A stretch of 63,274 nt of DNA, filler included, from Globobulimina sp. (Eukaryota): NCBI GenBank assembly GCA_003354225.1. It is 53 parts of 53 records of this genome, joined end to end, with 100 filler letters (N's around TTAATTAATTAA, not from the genome) between each part and the next. Parts side by side here need not be neighbours in the genome. Positions count along the whole stretch, not along the records: positions 10,769 to 11,864 come from PIVH01023638.1; positions 11,965 to 13,060 come from PIVH01023639.1; positions 13,161 to 14,256 come from PIVH01023640.1; positions 14,357 to 15,452 come from PIVH01023641.1; positions 15,553 to 16,648 come from PIVH01023642.1; positions 16,749 to 17,844 come from PIVH01023643.1; positions 17,945 to 19,040 come from PIVH01023644.1; positions 19,141 to 20,236 come from PIVH01023645.1; 45 more parts are not named here. The stretch is one strand, 5' to 3'. Below are positions 11,615 to 23,955 of this stretch, piece by piece. The translations under genes and the position numbers were made by a program. The notes beneath the pieces are model-generated. The model ran no database searches. It was not told the origin of the DNA and saw nothing but the letters and a program-made list of their open reading frames with translations. Within the stretch, counting starts at the first letter, position 1. Every line of letters starts with the position of its first letter.

Positions 11615-11995
11615 AATCGTTTGAGCACATTATATACTCGAAGATCACATTGTTTCTGCATGATTCTTCAAAACAGATCACGCATCTTTTGGATGACACT
11701 ATATTATACAGAATTTCGTCTCGCTCGTCATTTGTAGCAAATGTTGCGGTGTCGCGACGTTGTCCAGATTAGTACCGGGGGCGCCTTTTCGGAGCTAATT
11801 TTCGACCATGAGTGCGCAGAATCGTAGTTAGCCTGTTTCGCCGCCATCTTTCACTGGGCTTGAANNNNNNNNNNNNNNNNNNNNNNNNNNNNNNNNNNNN
11901 NNNNNNNNTTAATTAATTAANNNNNNNNNNNNNNNNNNNNNNNNNNNNNNNNNNNNNNNNNNNNTCTTTAGCAATTGCATTACCAGCTTTAAATG

Positions 11996-12777
11996 CTACT
12001 TCAAGGCGCTGCGTATCTGCTTCATATAAAAATATTGCAAGTTTGCAATCGCTTCAATCTCTTGCTTAAAAACCAAATATTCCTTATCCGATATCCATCC
12101 TTCATCGCCTCCAATTAATCTCCCATACGGATCAAATTCGCGTGCAATGCCAACATAATAGTTTTCAAATCCGCGCCATACATACAGTTGTTCTGCGCGT
12201 GGCACTCGCAAAATTTCCAGATATTTCTTGTCCGCCACATCATACACAATGTCATGCACACTTAAATACTGCGGCTGCTGCACCGACCGCGCCATAAACC
12301 ATCTACTAAATGCGACATAGTCGCAATGCCGTAGTTGGCATTCAATTGCAACCTCTTCAACATCTCCGCCCAATATAGTACTTAGGCTACGAGGATAAAA
12401 GCCTATATATTGTATATTATATATATATATATATCATATCAAAAGTGATGTGGATATATTCTATCTGGTAAACCAAACCATTCCACATCGATAAAATAAT
12501 CCTGTCCCTTTTTAACAGGTGCCACCCAATAAATTGCTTGTAAATGCGTCGGCTCTTCGTATTTGGCTTTCTTCTTTGCTTTTCCCTTTGCGTTCGCCTT
12601 TGCTTTCGCCTTTGCTTTCGCCTTTGCTTTTGCTTCAGCTTTTGATGGCTTTGGCAATCTATATCGCTTTAATAACTTCACAGCGACCTTAATCTTGCCA
12701 TGACATCGACGTTTGTCCCAATTGATCGCTATTTGTTGACTTTTAGGCTTTCTAGGCCTTAAATGATAAGTTGACAT
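11996..12777 (-). CDS. Two-exon basic protein with a (KA)n tract; predicted intron 12403-12473
   Basis: A 71-nt GT...AG intron joins both track ORFs in frame (EWFG|FYPRSLSTILGGDVEE). Confidence 0.6.
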
Positions 12778-13012
12778 TTTTGAGTAAGATTGAGTAAGAT
12801 TGGAAATTTAAAATTCTGTACTGAGTTGAAATCATAATGGCAAACAAAAAAAAAAGGTACGTAGTAATAGCCTATGATATTATTCGATCATGTACCAAAT
12901 ATAAAGTTGATAGTGCAAGGTTATGGTATAGCTGGAATTTGTCAGAAATTAGTCAATCCTATTGCACAAATCTCAAATTAAGGTTCGAGTGTAAAGGTGA
13001 CATGCTTTTGAT

Positions 13013-13044
13013 TGTTTAAGCTCCGAACTTAATTGGCAGTAGTC
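13013..13044. repeat. Dispersed ~32-bp repeat, copy 2
   Basis: Matches 4870-4901. Confidence 0.85.
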
Positions 13045-13505
13045 AATTGAAGAAATGAACNNNNNNNNNNNNNNNNNNNNNNNNNNNNNNNNNNNNNNNN
13101 NNNNTTAATTAATTAANNNNNNNNNNNNNNNNNNNNNNNNNNNNNNNNNNNNNNNNNNNNTGATTTTTTTATTGTATACCGAGTCTAAAGAAGAAGCTGC
13201 AAAATATGGATCTACACTATCTTTTGGAATATATCGTAATAACATTCAACTTCAAAACACTAAGAAATCAATGATATAAAGAAGCAGTATTTAACGTAAG
13301 AGAAATATTCGGTATACATGACGGGGGAGCGCGGGCCGGGAGTTATCTGAATATATCGTTCAACGCTAAAGAAACACTAATATTTATGACTAATAGTTTA
13401 ACAAACAACACACACAAAACAATTCAAAAAAATAAATGGCAATGCATAACAACTGACATACTATATATATTTCATTTGTTCTGCATAAAACACCAAGAAA
13501 CTAAA

Positions 13506-14256
13506 TTAAATGGATGAAAAAAGATTAATTTCTTGAATCCATTGCGCCAACTCCTTTTTATTCGGACATGCAAATTTCCACACTCTTGTATCAGTATGCA
13601 ATTCTAATCCAAATTCCTTATTTTTGCCGAACGACGCCCTTTTTGTTTTTCTCATTGATTTTACATTTAATGTGGTTATCGGATTTTTATTTCCTTTGTT
13701 CTCATAATAACTCATTTCGCCCTTCATATTCAATGTAAAATACCTTTTTCTCCATGTTTTAAACATGCCGCCTTCTTTCAGCATAAATCCAGATTTGACC
13801 AACATACCATGTTCTTGGTTCATTCGCGTCATTGATTTATAAACAGCCAAACGGTTTGATGTTCTTTCAACAACCTCATCATAGCCAGCGCCCCAACCAT
13901 CATATCGAACTTCCAATTGATCCACATTCATATTAATAACTTTGCCGTTGCACCATACGCCAGAATCATTACGTTTGCAGTCCAATTGATCTCCGCCACA
14001 TAGCCCTTCTCTCCACATTGACATTTTCGGTTTTCTTCTCTGATGATTTTCTTTTGATTCCTCATCGCCTGAACCATTGAATGATGATTCTGACCCATCC
14101 AAATCATCGCTATCTGCATCACTAATCTCCTCAATATACAATACCCCATCATTTGCGCCATTGTTTTGAATCAGTTTCTCTTTTAATTCTTTGACACTCG
14201 ATCTGCTTCGTTCTAATTCGCAATTTAAATATCGAACTTCTTTTTGTATTTCAAAC
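13506..14256 (-). CDS. Protein with a Tudor/Agenet-like module and a C-terminal PH domain (partial)
   Basis: VKSGFMLKEGGMFKTWRKRYF...ELAQWIQEI (PH); LDC...WCNGKV...VRYDGW...YDE (Royal-family-like). Confidence 0.85.
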
Positions 14257-14356
14257 NNNNNNNNNNNNNNNNNNNNNNNNNNNNNNNNNNNNNNNNNNNN
14301 TTAATTAATTAANNNNNNNNNNNNNNNNNNNNNNNNNNNNNNNNNNNNNNNNNNNN

Positions 14357-15452
14357 CCTTGACCGGTTATGATCTCTGGGCAGAGATAATCCGGCGTACC
14401 ACAAAAGGTATAGGTTTTATCCGTAATTTTTTTGGCGAATCCAAAATCTGCGATCTTTAAATATCCAACGCTATCTAACACTAAATTCTCTGGCTTCATG
14501 TCTCTGTAAATAATATTTTTGCTATGCATATAATCAAATCCTTCAATCACCGACGCTGCGTAAAATCTGGCTGTTTTCTGATTGAAATATCGTCGAGTTC
14601 TGCAACAAAAAAAATTAATTACTCGAAGAAAATTGCACGATTGTTTTGTGCAGAAATACCTTAAAATGGTAAACAACTCACCGCCCAAACATACATCCAA
14701 TAAAAAATATACTCGCAATTTATCCTTGTACGTTTTATGCAAATTGACCAAAAATTTACTATTCAATTCATGCATCACTAATTTCTCAGATATTATGTGT
14801 TGCTGCAAATTATGTTCAACGATTTCACATTTTTTTATGGCTTTCAAGGCGTAGGTCTTGTTCGTGTGTGGATCTTCCACCAATGTGACCAAACCAAATC
14901 CACCCTTACCTAAAATGCCAAGTGTAACTAACTCAGATAATGCACAAATATCAACTTCATTGTCTTTCTTCTCTTCTGTTTTTCCTTCAGTCGGGCTCCC
15001 AACATCATCAATACTATACCGTTTATATTGTTTTATTTTATCGTCAATTATCTGTGTAACAGTGTTGCAAAAATGATGTCAGCTTAACCTCATTTTCAAA
15101 GCTACTGAAAAATCTTCAGTCACTTAAACCATGTCAGCATGCGGAAGCATGCTCCCTTTACAAACCTGAATAACAGGGCCTAACAACTCCTCAAAGTCCT
15201 TGCCACTCATCGACAGCAACACTGTTTTTTTGTCTGTTGCTATAGATATCGTTGCTGCTCTTGGATTTTTCGTCCGTAGCGCCATTTCGCCAAAAAACTC
15301 GCCCTCTCTCAATATACCATTCTCGCCATCACTTTTCTCCCATTTAATTTTCCCTTTTTTGATCACATAGAAATTATCCGCGGCATCGCCTTGTTTGTAT
15401 ACAACCTGATCATCTCTGCCAATGTACACCAATGTTTCCAATGCATCGTTCA
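14357..15452 (-). CDS. cGMP-dependent protein kinase (PKG), partial, intron-containing (e.g. 14600-14659)
   Basis: cNMP domain (FFGEMAL...PRAAT) upstream of an AGC kinase (GKGGFG, YALK, YRDMKPEN, DFG, TFCGTPDY). Confidence 0.93.
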
Positions 15453-15638
15453 NNNNNNNNNNNNNNNNNNNNNNNNNNNNNNNNNNNNNNNNNNNNTTAA
15501 TTAATTAANNNNNNNNNNNNNNNNNNNNNNNNNNNNNNNNNNNNNNNNNNNNTATTTGAAATTATCAATAAAAAGATTACATTAAATCGGTTTAATTCCA
15601 ATTTAGAGAGATTACGGAATACGTTCGAATATAAAAAA

Positions 15639-16232
15639 ATGGTGAATGCAACGGAAGAATGCAAAGCATTTAATGAGGAAAATACGGAAAATAAGAAAAA
15701 GTTATTAATTTGTAAAATATTTGTAAATGATTTTGACATCAAAAAGAATGAATGTTTGTTGCTTTCGAATAATAGAATGAGAGTTAATTTGTTTGATATG
15801 GATTTTATTCGTAAATTTGAACAGATTCATTGCATGATCGATAAGAGAATTATTCAATTGATACCAAGCATAAATGCTATAAATAATGCGTATGACAGTA
15901 ATCATAATGAGAATGATGATAATAATAAGGAGTTAAAGCGAGAGATTGAAATATTAAAAAAAAAAGAAAATGAAAATAATATTTTATTAAATGTGAAAAT
16001 TAAAGAAATAAATGATTTGAATAAACAGATAATGCAACAACAACAACATATAAATGAATATAATGATTTACGTCAAAAATATGATGCATTGAATATGGAC
16101 CAGCAGGATTTATTAGTTTTTGTTGGGCATTTACATGAGCAATGTGAAAAAATGAAAAATCAATTAATTGACTTCAAAAATAAAGGAAAACAATTGCAAT
16201 CACAAGATGTTGTTCCGGATGCATCACAATAA
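15639..16232 (+). CDS. Coiled-coil protein C-terminus, Uso1/p115 C-terminal-like
   Basis: Coiled coil ending in DQQDLLVFVGHLHEQCEKMKNQL. Confidence 0.55.
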   Translation: MVNATEECKAFNEENTENKKKLLICKIFVNDFDIKKNECLLLSNNRMRVNLFDMDFIRKFEQIHCMIDKRIIQLIPSINAINNAYDSNHNENDDNNKELKREIEILKKKENENNILLNVKIKEINDLNKQIMQQQQHINEYNDLRQKYDALNMDQQDLLVFVGHLHEQCEKMKNQLIDFKNKGKQLQSQDVVPDASQ

Positions 16233-17098
16233 AAATTTATAATTTGTAATGTGGAATGGCTAACTTTCTATTTCTAATTTTAAGGGTCTATCGTGGTGAA
16301 ACTTACTTACATACAATCTATCCTCACAAAGAAGTGAAAGCCTGTTGTGCAGATTCTGTATTTAAACCGGAGAGACAATCTGATACTAGACAGAGGTCTA
16401 CGAATTGGTTGTTACAGATTTTGGCAAAACCAATTCCATCTACTACGCCCTCACAGATACCATCCTCGTTCTTATAATATTTCATATTTTGTGCAAGAGT
16501 CAAGCTGTTCATGCAATTGATAAAAAAATATATATGGCAAGAAATTAGAAATACGTACGGCAAACCTTAAAGTAGAGCGTCTGTCTTTGTACCAATTGTG
16601 CTGTAAATACCATTAATTTGCAAACACAATATGGACAAATAGAAACAANNNNNNNNNNNNNNNNNNNNNNNNNNNNNNNNNNNNNNNNNNNNTTAATTAA
16701 TTAANNNNNNNNNNNNNNNNNNNNNNNNNNNNNNNNNNNNNNNNNNNNCACAATTTGGCTGGTAATTCAAAAAAATATGTAAATAATTGTAAAAAATATG
16801 TAATGCGCCTTTAAGGCCTACACCATCTCAGTGGAATTAATCATCAATGGATAATGGAAAATAGACATTACCTTCAATTATGTGGAATTTATCATCATTA
16901 GTCATGACTAACGGCATTTTTTCTTAAAAAAATGTTATGATTATGATAATCCTGACAGAAACTTAAGTACATACCATTATATGCAAAATTTCGCATTTTA
17001 GCTGGTTGTCGTGGTGGTGGCGATCATCATCATCGACATTGTCATCATCGACATTGTCATCATCGACATTGATGCAATTCCATTAATTGTTTATTCAG

Positions 17099-17844
17099 GA
17101 ATGAATTAATCACAGCAGTCGATGATACCGGTCACAATTATAACTATTCAATATGCAACAATACAGCAGGAACATGCCCAACTGGAGATGATTTAATGGT
17201 TTTGCAAACCGCACAAAATGACCCATCACTCTGCTATATAATTGGTAGATGGGATGCAGCCCTTTTACCTGTTTATGAAAGCTATGGTCGTTGGACATTT
17301 GAATACCAAAACGGTAAGTTTACTATTTGAATTTTGAACAAATTGCATTATATACAATAAAGCATAAAAGGTTGGGCATGTAATCCATCATTGGATCGAT
17401 CCTGGGCACCAACATTTATATGCGATTTAGCCACAAGACTATCATATGGCGCAGTGACTGAATTCTTTGGATCCTGCAGATATACAATTGAGATACGTAC
17501 AAGGTATGCATGTTCAGATTACACTACAACTACAACTACCATACCAGAGGCCGGATGCGTATGGAATGTGGGCCATAATACATTGAACTTGACCTCGATT
17601 CAAGGATTTACTTTGAATGCGATATCCGCTGATGATCCGCAACAAATATATTCCTTATCGCCATGCAGTAATAATATAAATTGTAATGGAAATTTTTGTA
17701 TGGCTGCAATTAGCACCATATCAAATTGCATACAAACAATTGGAAGATGGGATGGAGGATTAACAGAACCAGAACATTCAAATAATTTCGGTGGACAATG
17801 GGAGTTTGTCTATACAAATGGCGATGGCTGTAAAAATGGACCGG
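17099..17844 (+). CDS. Tandem mannose-6-phosphate receptor homology (MRH) domain protein, partial; intron 17314-17370
   Basis: Two repeats with Y..S.C, IGRWD, W.F.Y.NG, TFICD and CRYTIEIRTRYAC; a GTAAGT...AG intron joins the exons in frame. Confidence 0.8.
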
Positions 17845-18089
17845 NNNNNNNNNNNNNNNNNNNNNNNNNNNNNNNNNNNNNNNNNNNNTTAATTAATTAA
17901 NNNNNNNNNNNNNNNNNNNNNNNNNNNNNNNNNNNNNNNNNNNNAAAAAAATAAAAAATCTAAAAAGTAGTATTTTCCCATTATTTATGCTTTTGTTTGT
18001 TTGAAATTAATTGTAACAGGCAGATGTTTGTTAGTTTTGTGAAGCGTATTTTTAGAAGGTTGCAAAAAGTTGTAGCTCAGCTCTAGAAT

Positions 18090-18147
18090 TCCTAGCATAC
18101 CCGGCATACCTAGCATACTTAGCATACCTAGCATACCTAGTCATACT
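18090..18147. repeat. Minisatellite (CCTAGCATA)n; related array at 18680-18714
   Basis: About six 9-10-nt units are visible. Confidence 0.85.
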
Positions 18148-19729
18148 CTCTTAAATGGCAACTTCTTAACTTCTTTCTCGTTTTACTAACCAGCTACAAT
18201 GCAAAACAACACAGATAACATATCAAACTACACAGTTTGTTTCTCAGTGTCAACAGATATCAAACTCAAAACAGAAATACACATTTGGTTCTGATTTGGT
18301 TCTGATTTGGATGTGATATTAAATAAAACATTGCAAAAATCAAAAGCTGTGATCAGTCCTTTTCAATATTCAAAGATGTAAATATGCTTCTCTCTGCATG
18401 TAATCTGTATGGGTTGAATTCTCCCGTATTATTTTTGAATGAACAAAGTGATTTGGAATATGTTAAATAAGTTGTTCCATTGTTATTTTGCTGAATATTG
18501 TTAGGTAATGATGATGCTTCTTATTCTATAGTTTTGGATGATATTTGCTTTGTTTTCTATCGTTTTGGATGACATTTGCTGTTCGTTAGCATTTACGAGC
18601 AAGAACTACCATTTAATGAATAAATAACACTGTTTGCAAGAAGTCATTGTGTTGTCATGGTACTTTCATACTTAGTCAGCCCAGCATACCCAGTAGCATA
18701 CCCAGCATACCAGCTCTCGAAAACTACAACATTTTGCAACCTTGCAGAATTTCAGATGGAACATCAGGTACAACGTTGCTGCCGGGGGGATTGGATGAAA
18801 ATCTGGAAGTGGTTTTAATTGTTTCGGACGAAAATGTAAAATAAAAACAATGCAGATTGACACACATTACACACACAATTCAATGCAATTTACATTTTAA
18901 AACAGCATTAAATATTTGGTGCGAGCATTAAAAACAAGTACATACATAAAAACAACCAAACGCAAGCAAAAAAAAGATGAAAAGAGAGAGAAAAATGCTC
19001 ACACCATTACTGGCCATTATTTATTGCGATTTATTCTTAANNNNNNNNNNNNNNNNNNNNNNNNNNNNNNNNNNNNNNNNNNNNTTAATTAATTAANNNN
19101 NNNNNNNNNNNNNNNNNNNNNNNNNNNNNNNNNNNNNNNNCAACGAATCATCATGTTTTAGATTATTCGTAACTAATTTCTTCTGATCCCATGACGCATT
19201 TTTATGATACACATTATAATCAAACGATGCATTATTTGAATAATAGGTATTTGTTTCAACACATTCAGCCAAACCATGAATGCTTGCCAATGTGGTACCA
19301 GATGAATTTTGACAAACATTATTTGACTCGATTTAGATAGAATATATTTTTTTAATGTTTTCCATTGTGGTTCTGGTTGTGATATCGATGTAGGACAATT
19401 CCAGCAGTATGAACCTCCACTGCCACATCCTAGCTGGTACCATTCACTGCCACATTCGCCTCATCACATGAACTGCAAGTTTCATCACCACAAAATCCAG
19501 GTGTGTCACAACTAGTGTCCAAGCATCCAGGGCATTCAGTCGGATATTGAGATATGACAGCAAATAGCCATAATACAAAGATGCAGCAAGTGCTGAGTAA
19601 TGGTCAGTTTTGAGTGCAGCCGGGGTATTATTTGACGGAGCGGTTTTCAAGTCATAGGAAATAAAATTCGGAACTACATCACCTAAAAAAGGAGCGACAC
19701 ACAACACAAAAAAGCATAATCATCAAAAA

Positions 19730-20236
19730 TTATTCTACAAATGTACCACTTTGCTGAGAATGAGCTCGAGTGTTTGTTGCAATTGCCACGGCAATTGCCT
19801 TTTTTCTAAATATTCTGGACAATAAAGGAACATGTTCACCAGCAATAATATCAATGAATACCAAGAAACCGATCAACATCACCAATAAATTACATGATAT
19901 CATGTTGTAATAACCATATTCATAGCTAACTACAACAATGTTATGTGGCAAATATGTCGAAACAACCATATAACCGAACCTAATGAGATCATGAACGCCA
20001 AACCACAAAAGCCTGCAAAAATAATCATCATAGCATATAATTGTTTATTTACCTCCTCTCCACTTTTCCTTTTATAGCTCGTATAACATCCACACCCAAA
20101 CAAACAACAAACTAATATCAAACTAAAAGTGGGCGCAAATAACATAAGAAGACACCACTGCCAATAAAAAGATATTGTCATCGCTGGCCACGTATTGATC
20201 TCAATCATTGGGAATTGAACAAAACTGAAATCACCA
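19730..20236 (-). CDS. Multi-pass membrane protein fragment (frame-broken)
   Basis: Two overlapping hydrophobic ORFs (19930-20208 and 19730-20008). Confidence 0.45.
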
Positions 20237-20336
20237 NNNNNNNNNNNNNNNNNNNNNNNNNNNNNNNNNNNNNNNNNNNNTTAATTAATTAANNNNNNNN
20301 NNNNNNNNNNNNNNNNNNNNNNNNNNNNNNNNNNNN

Positions 20337-20396
20337 GATGGGCAATCCGTTGACAAAGATAACCAGATCGGGTCGACGGTTTATCTTCGTTCCCTG
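20337..20396 (-). CDS. hsdR: Bacterial type I restriction enzyme R subunit fragment fused to AT-rich DNA
   Basis: QGTKINRRPDLVIFVNGLPI is the HsdR nuclease-domain signature. Confidence 0.8.
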
Positions 20397-21195
20397 ATAT
20401 CGACCATTACCGCAAACAGATAAAGGAAATCGATATATTGTATCTATGATTGATAAATATTCGAGATTGAAATGCAATGACCCCGCAAATTGATTGCATT
20501 ACTACACCAATCCACTGCAAAATATTCGCATTATGCGAATTTGCGTTAAAATATAATAATATCCATATGATCCATCAGCAAAAATTATTAACAATGTTTT
20601 ATTACTGTAAAATTGTAGCGATGCAAAAATACGATTACTCATTGTAGCTGTGCTAATAGTAGCCTAAATACCACACTTGAGAGTAAAAGATGCCTAGTCT
20701 TAATCAAGTAACGTATGGACCATTAATTATTAGCCCAAATATTGTTCCCTGAAAATGACATTCTAGCATGCATCCTACTTGGTGATGATTGGGATTTGGA
20801 CCCAAATCTTCTTTGATAAGATGCTCTTCTTGAGCTATCATCACATATTATTTGGATACCAATAATCAGAAATTTATAGAAAATTCTATGGATTTGCATT
20901 ACATAATATTGATGAAGACTGTGTCTTGAAAGAGGCGATTGTGACTTTGTAATAGCTACCATTGTTTTACTTGAAAAGTTTTTGATTGTTTAACTTAAAT
21001 CTTTCTTTACCTAAACTCTGTCTTTGTGAGAACCCACATAAGCGAGATTACAATATATAACCGCCTTAATATATGACGGGATTCTTTCTCATTATCGCCG
21101 CCTTAATATATAGTTCTGGGGATTTCGCCCATTTATGTGCTCAAATAATTAGTTCTGGTGATTTCACCAGTTTGCGTTCCATTCCATTCCATTCC

Positions 21196-21272
21196 TCTCA
21201 CCGTAGGATTCGAACCTACATCCAATTGGTCTGCCATTCAAACCAATGCTCTGCCAATTGAGCTAGGTGACC
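21196..21272 (-). ncRNA. tRNA-like element 1 (A and B boxes, extended 9-bp anticodon-arm stem, no canonical anticodon)
   Basis: TCACC-TAGCTCAATTGGCAGAGC-ATTGGTTTG/AATGG/CAGACCAAT-TGGAT-GTAGG/TTCGAAT/CCTAC-GGTGA. Confidence 0.8.
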
Positions 21273-21275
21273 ATT

Positions 21276-21379
21276 TTTTGGAAGAAAATAGGTTAATAAT
21301 AAAATGTTAATGATTCCCGATGAAACACAACCTTTAAGAATTCAATTTTGACTTTCAATGTTTTTATTTTGAATAATCT
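21276..21379 (-). repeat. Dispersed ~105-bp repeat directly upstream of tRNA-like element 1; second copy at 57401-57505
   Basis: The reverse complement aligns almost base for base with 57401-57505. Confidence 0.9.
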
Positions 21380-21704
21380 GTAAAAAACTGTAAATTCAAA
21401 GAGTTTACAGTAAAAAACAGTAATTTCAAACTNNNNNNNNNNNNNNNNNNNNNNNNNNNNNNNNNNNNNNNNNNNNTTAATTAATTAANNNNNNNNNNNN
21501 NNNNNNNNNNNNNNNNNNNNNNNNNNNNNNNNTTTCCAACCCTTTTATGATTACTGAAAGTCTGAAACATAAAGTGCATTCGGAGCAACTAGATTACGGT
21601 TTATTTATAAATTATAATGGTACACATGTCAAGTTTTATGCTTATTTGCGCATAATAAATTATACGTTGTTGTTTCATATAATTATTAACATCTTCGAAT
21701 GAAG

Positions 21705-22628
21705 CTAGTGGAATCTTCCCAAATCATGAAATGTTAAAACAACTGCTGATGATGCTAACATATCTTTGGTATTCTTAGGCAGCCATACTTTATCCAGTAT
21801 TTCATCGGTAAGATGGTATACTTTCATTGTCTCACTCATATCCAACTTAATACAACACCACCATCTTTCGAGAAACTTTGCTTTATACTCTTTCATTTCC
21901 GTACAAAAATCTTTTGGAATCATCTCCAACTTTAAATGCAAAAATACGTCAATCCACTCCAATTTTGTATTGTTGCTGGTGATCAAAGAAAATATCAATT
22001 CAAATAATGAAGGTTTTTCATGTAAAAATAAGACATCTTTATCTATAGTATACCGCAAATGCGATACATTTGGAAACAATTTCGTAATGGTTTGCATATC
22101 CAGCCAATCATTCTCTTTTTTTAATACCTTATCTAAGAACTTAAATTGTTTCATTTCCAATACAGTGCGGTAATGCTGCTTACAGAAATAATTAATGTAT
22201 GTAATGCTTTCGCAATGTTGATTTAACACTGTTTTGATATAATTTGGACATTGTTTGAACTCCTTTGCCATTCTATGATTAGGCATTTTGACAAATAATT
22301 GATGACATAACAATGCATACATCATTCTTAATTCCTTGTTGTTGGCTGCCACGGCCACTGTTGGTACCCCTCCAGACGACACACAGCGACTCATACATAT
22401 GAGGTGTATAGCTTTGATATAAAATTGGTAATTTATTCCTGTTGCTACTTCTATAATGTTATTAATAAAAAAACTTTTCAGACCGCCAATGCAAAAAATT
22501 TCAGACTCATTGCTAAAGTCACTAATAAATTGGCAATCAAAGCAACACAATCTGTTGAGGGCATCATTTCCTTCAATCTCAGCCATACCCACTCTCCACA
22601 CAAAACCATCCAAAAGAAGCTCTAATAT
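21705..22628 (-). CDS. ADP-ribosyltransferase-like family protein, C-terminal part (paralog of 28721-29804)
   Basis: CFDCQFISDFSNESEIFCIGG aligns with YFDCIPWSKFAHESEMLFCGG. Confidence 0.55.
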   Translation of the reverse strand: MLELLLDGFVWRVGMAEIEGNDALNRLCCFDCQFISDFSNESEIFCIGGLKSFFINNIIEVATGINYQFYIKAIHLICMSRCVSSGGVPTVAVAANNKELRMMYALLCHQLFVKMPNHRMAKEFKQCPNYIKTVLNQHCESITYINYFCKQHYRTVLEMKQFKFLDKVLKKENDWLDMQTITKLFPNVSHLRYTIDKDVLFLHEKPSLFELIFSLITSNNTKLEWIDVFLHLKLEMIPKDFCTEMKEYKAKFLERWWCCIKLDMSETMKVYHLTDEILDKVWLPKNTKDMLASSAVVLTFHDLGRFH

Positions 22629-22760
22629 NNNNNNNNNNNNNNNNNNNNNNNNNNNNNNNNNNNNNNNNNNNNTTAATTAATTAANNNNNNNNNNNNNNNN
22701 NNNNNNNNNNNNNNNNNNNNNNNNNNNNTACGATTTAAAATCTGGCTCATTTTCAGTGTA

Positions 22761-23776
22761 TTGATACATGGATTATTACTATGTATATATGTATTCATCT
22801 TTTGTTATGTATACATTTATCATGAAAACGTTAAGAAAATGAAAAGAAAAAGAAATAAAATCTTATACAGCTATTTATCTGTGATTGTAACCATTCATTC
22901 CATATTTACAATGTCTTATTTGTTTGAGATGTGTAAGATCGATGCATTCTGTTTTGTGATAATTGGTGAATATCTGTATCGTATTATATTCCCTGTCATT
23001 GCCTATATTACCATTAAAAATGACAGCAAATTTTGGAAAAATATTATATATTCATTGCAATTTGTACGCAGTCCGTCAATCACAAAAACACAGCAAACAT
23101 TAGAAATGCATAATATTCATCAGTCTGAAGATGAATTGTTATCAGGAGTAAATTATCGGAATTCAATACGTTCGATATTTGGTGATAATATTAGTGCAAA
23201 AAGTGGTTATGATCCAATTGTTAATGCATTAGAATTAGAAATAAATATTATTCGCTATGATGATTTATATGATTTATCTGATCCATTTGCAATGGGTACC
23301 ACAGCGATGATACATAAAGCAACCTACAAAGGGGAGACAGTTGCAGTCAAAAAATGGATCTTCGATGAAATTGATTTATCATTGGCTATAATCACTGATT
23401 TCTTCCAAGAAACATTATTTTCCAATATTATCCATCCAAATTTAGTGCAATTTAAAGGTGCCTGTTTAAGACCACCTGAATTGTGTTTAGTTTATGAGTA
23501 TGTAAATTGTGGTGATTTGGCCCATTTAATATTACAAAATGGCCATGAAAGATATGACAATGTAATACAAATAAGAAATAGATTGGATATATTAATGGGA
23601 ATTGCAGCAGGAATGAATAAATTGCATCAGGAAGATATTATACATCGAGACATTAGTTTAGTTAAATTTGCATATCATCAACACTCTGAAACATAGCATC
23701 AAATTTATAATTTACACAGAGACCTCCAATGTTTTAGTTAAATATCATCAACAATCTGACAAATATGTTGCTAAAG
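22761..23776 (+). CDS. Multi-pass membrane TKL-type protein kinase, partial; intron 23656-23719
   Basis: Three TM segments, then GTTA, VAVKK, HPNLVQFKGAC; splicing restores HRDIKTSNVL. Confidence 0.88.
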
Positions 23777-23955
23777 TATGTGAATTTATGTGTTGTAAAC
23801 AAACGTTTTCCAAAATGTGTACTTNNNNNNNNNNNNNNNNNNNNNNNNNNNNNNNNNNNNNNNNNNNNTTAATTAATTAANNNNNNNNNNNNNNNNNNNN
23901 NNNNNNNNNNNNNNNNNNNNNNNNGTGTATTCTTGAAAGAATAGGTGTTTCTAAT

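Noticed and set aside
20337-20477. Complete restriction-modification system or confirmed horizontal transfer
   Set aside because: Only ~20 codons of hsdR at a contig edge with an abrupt junction; probably a chimera.
21196-21272. Functional canonical or intron-containing tRNA
   Set aside because: No 7-nt anticodon loop or plausible 37/38 intron, and the acceptor stem pairs at only 5 of 7 positions.
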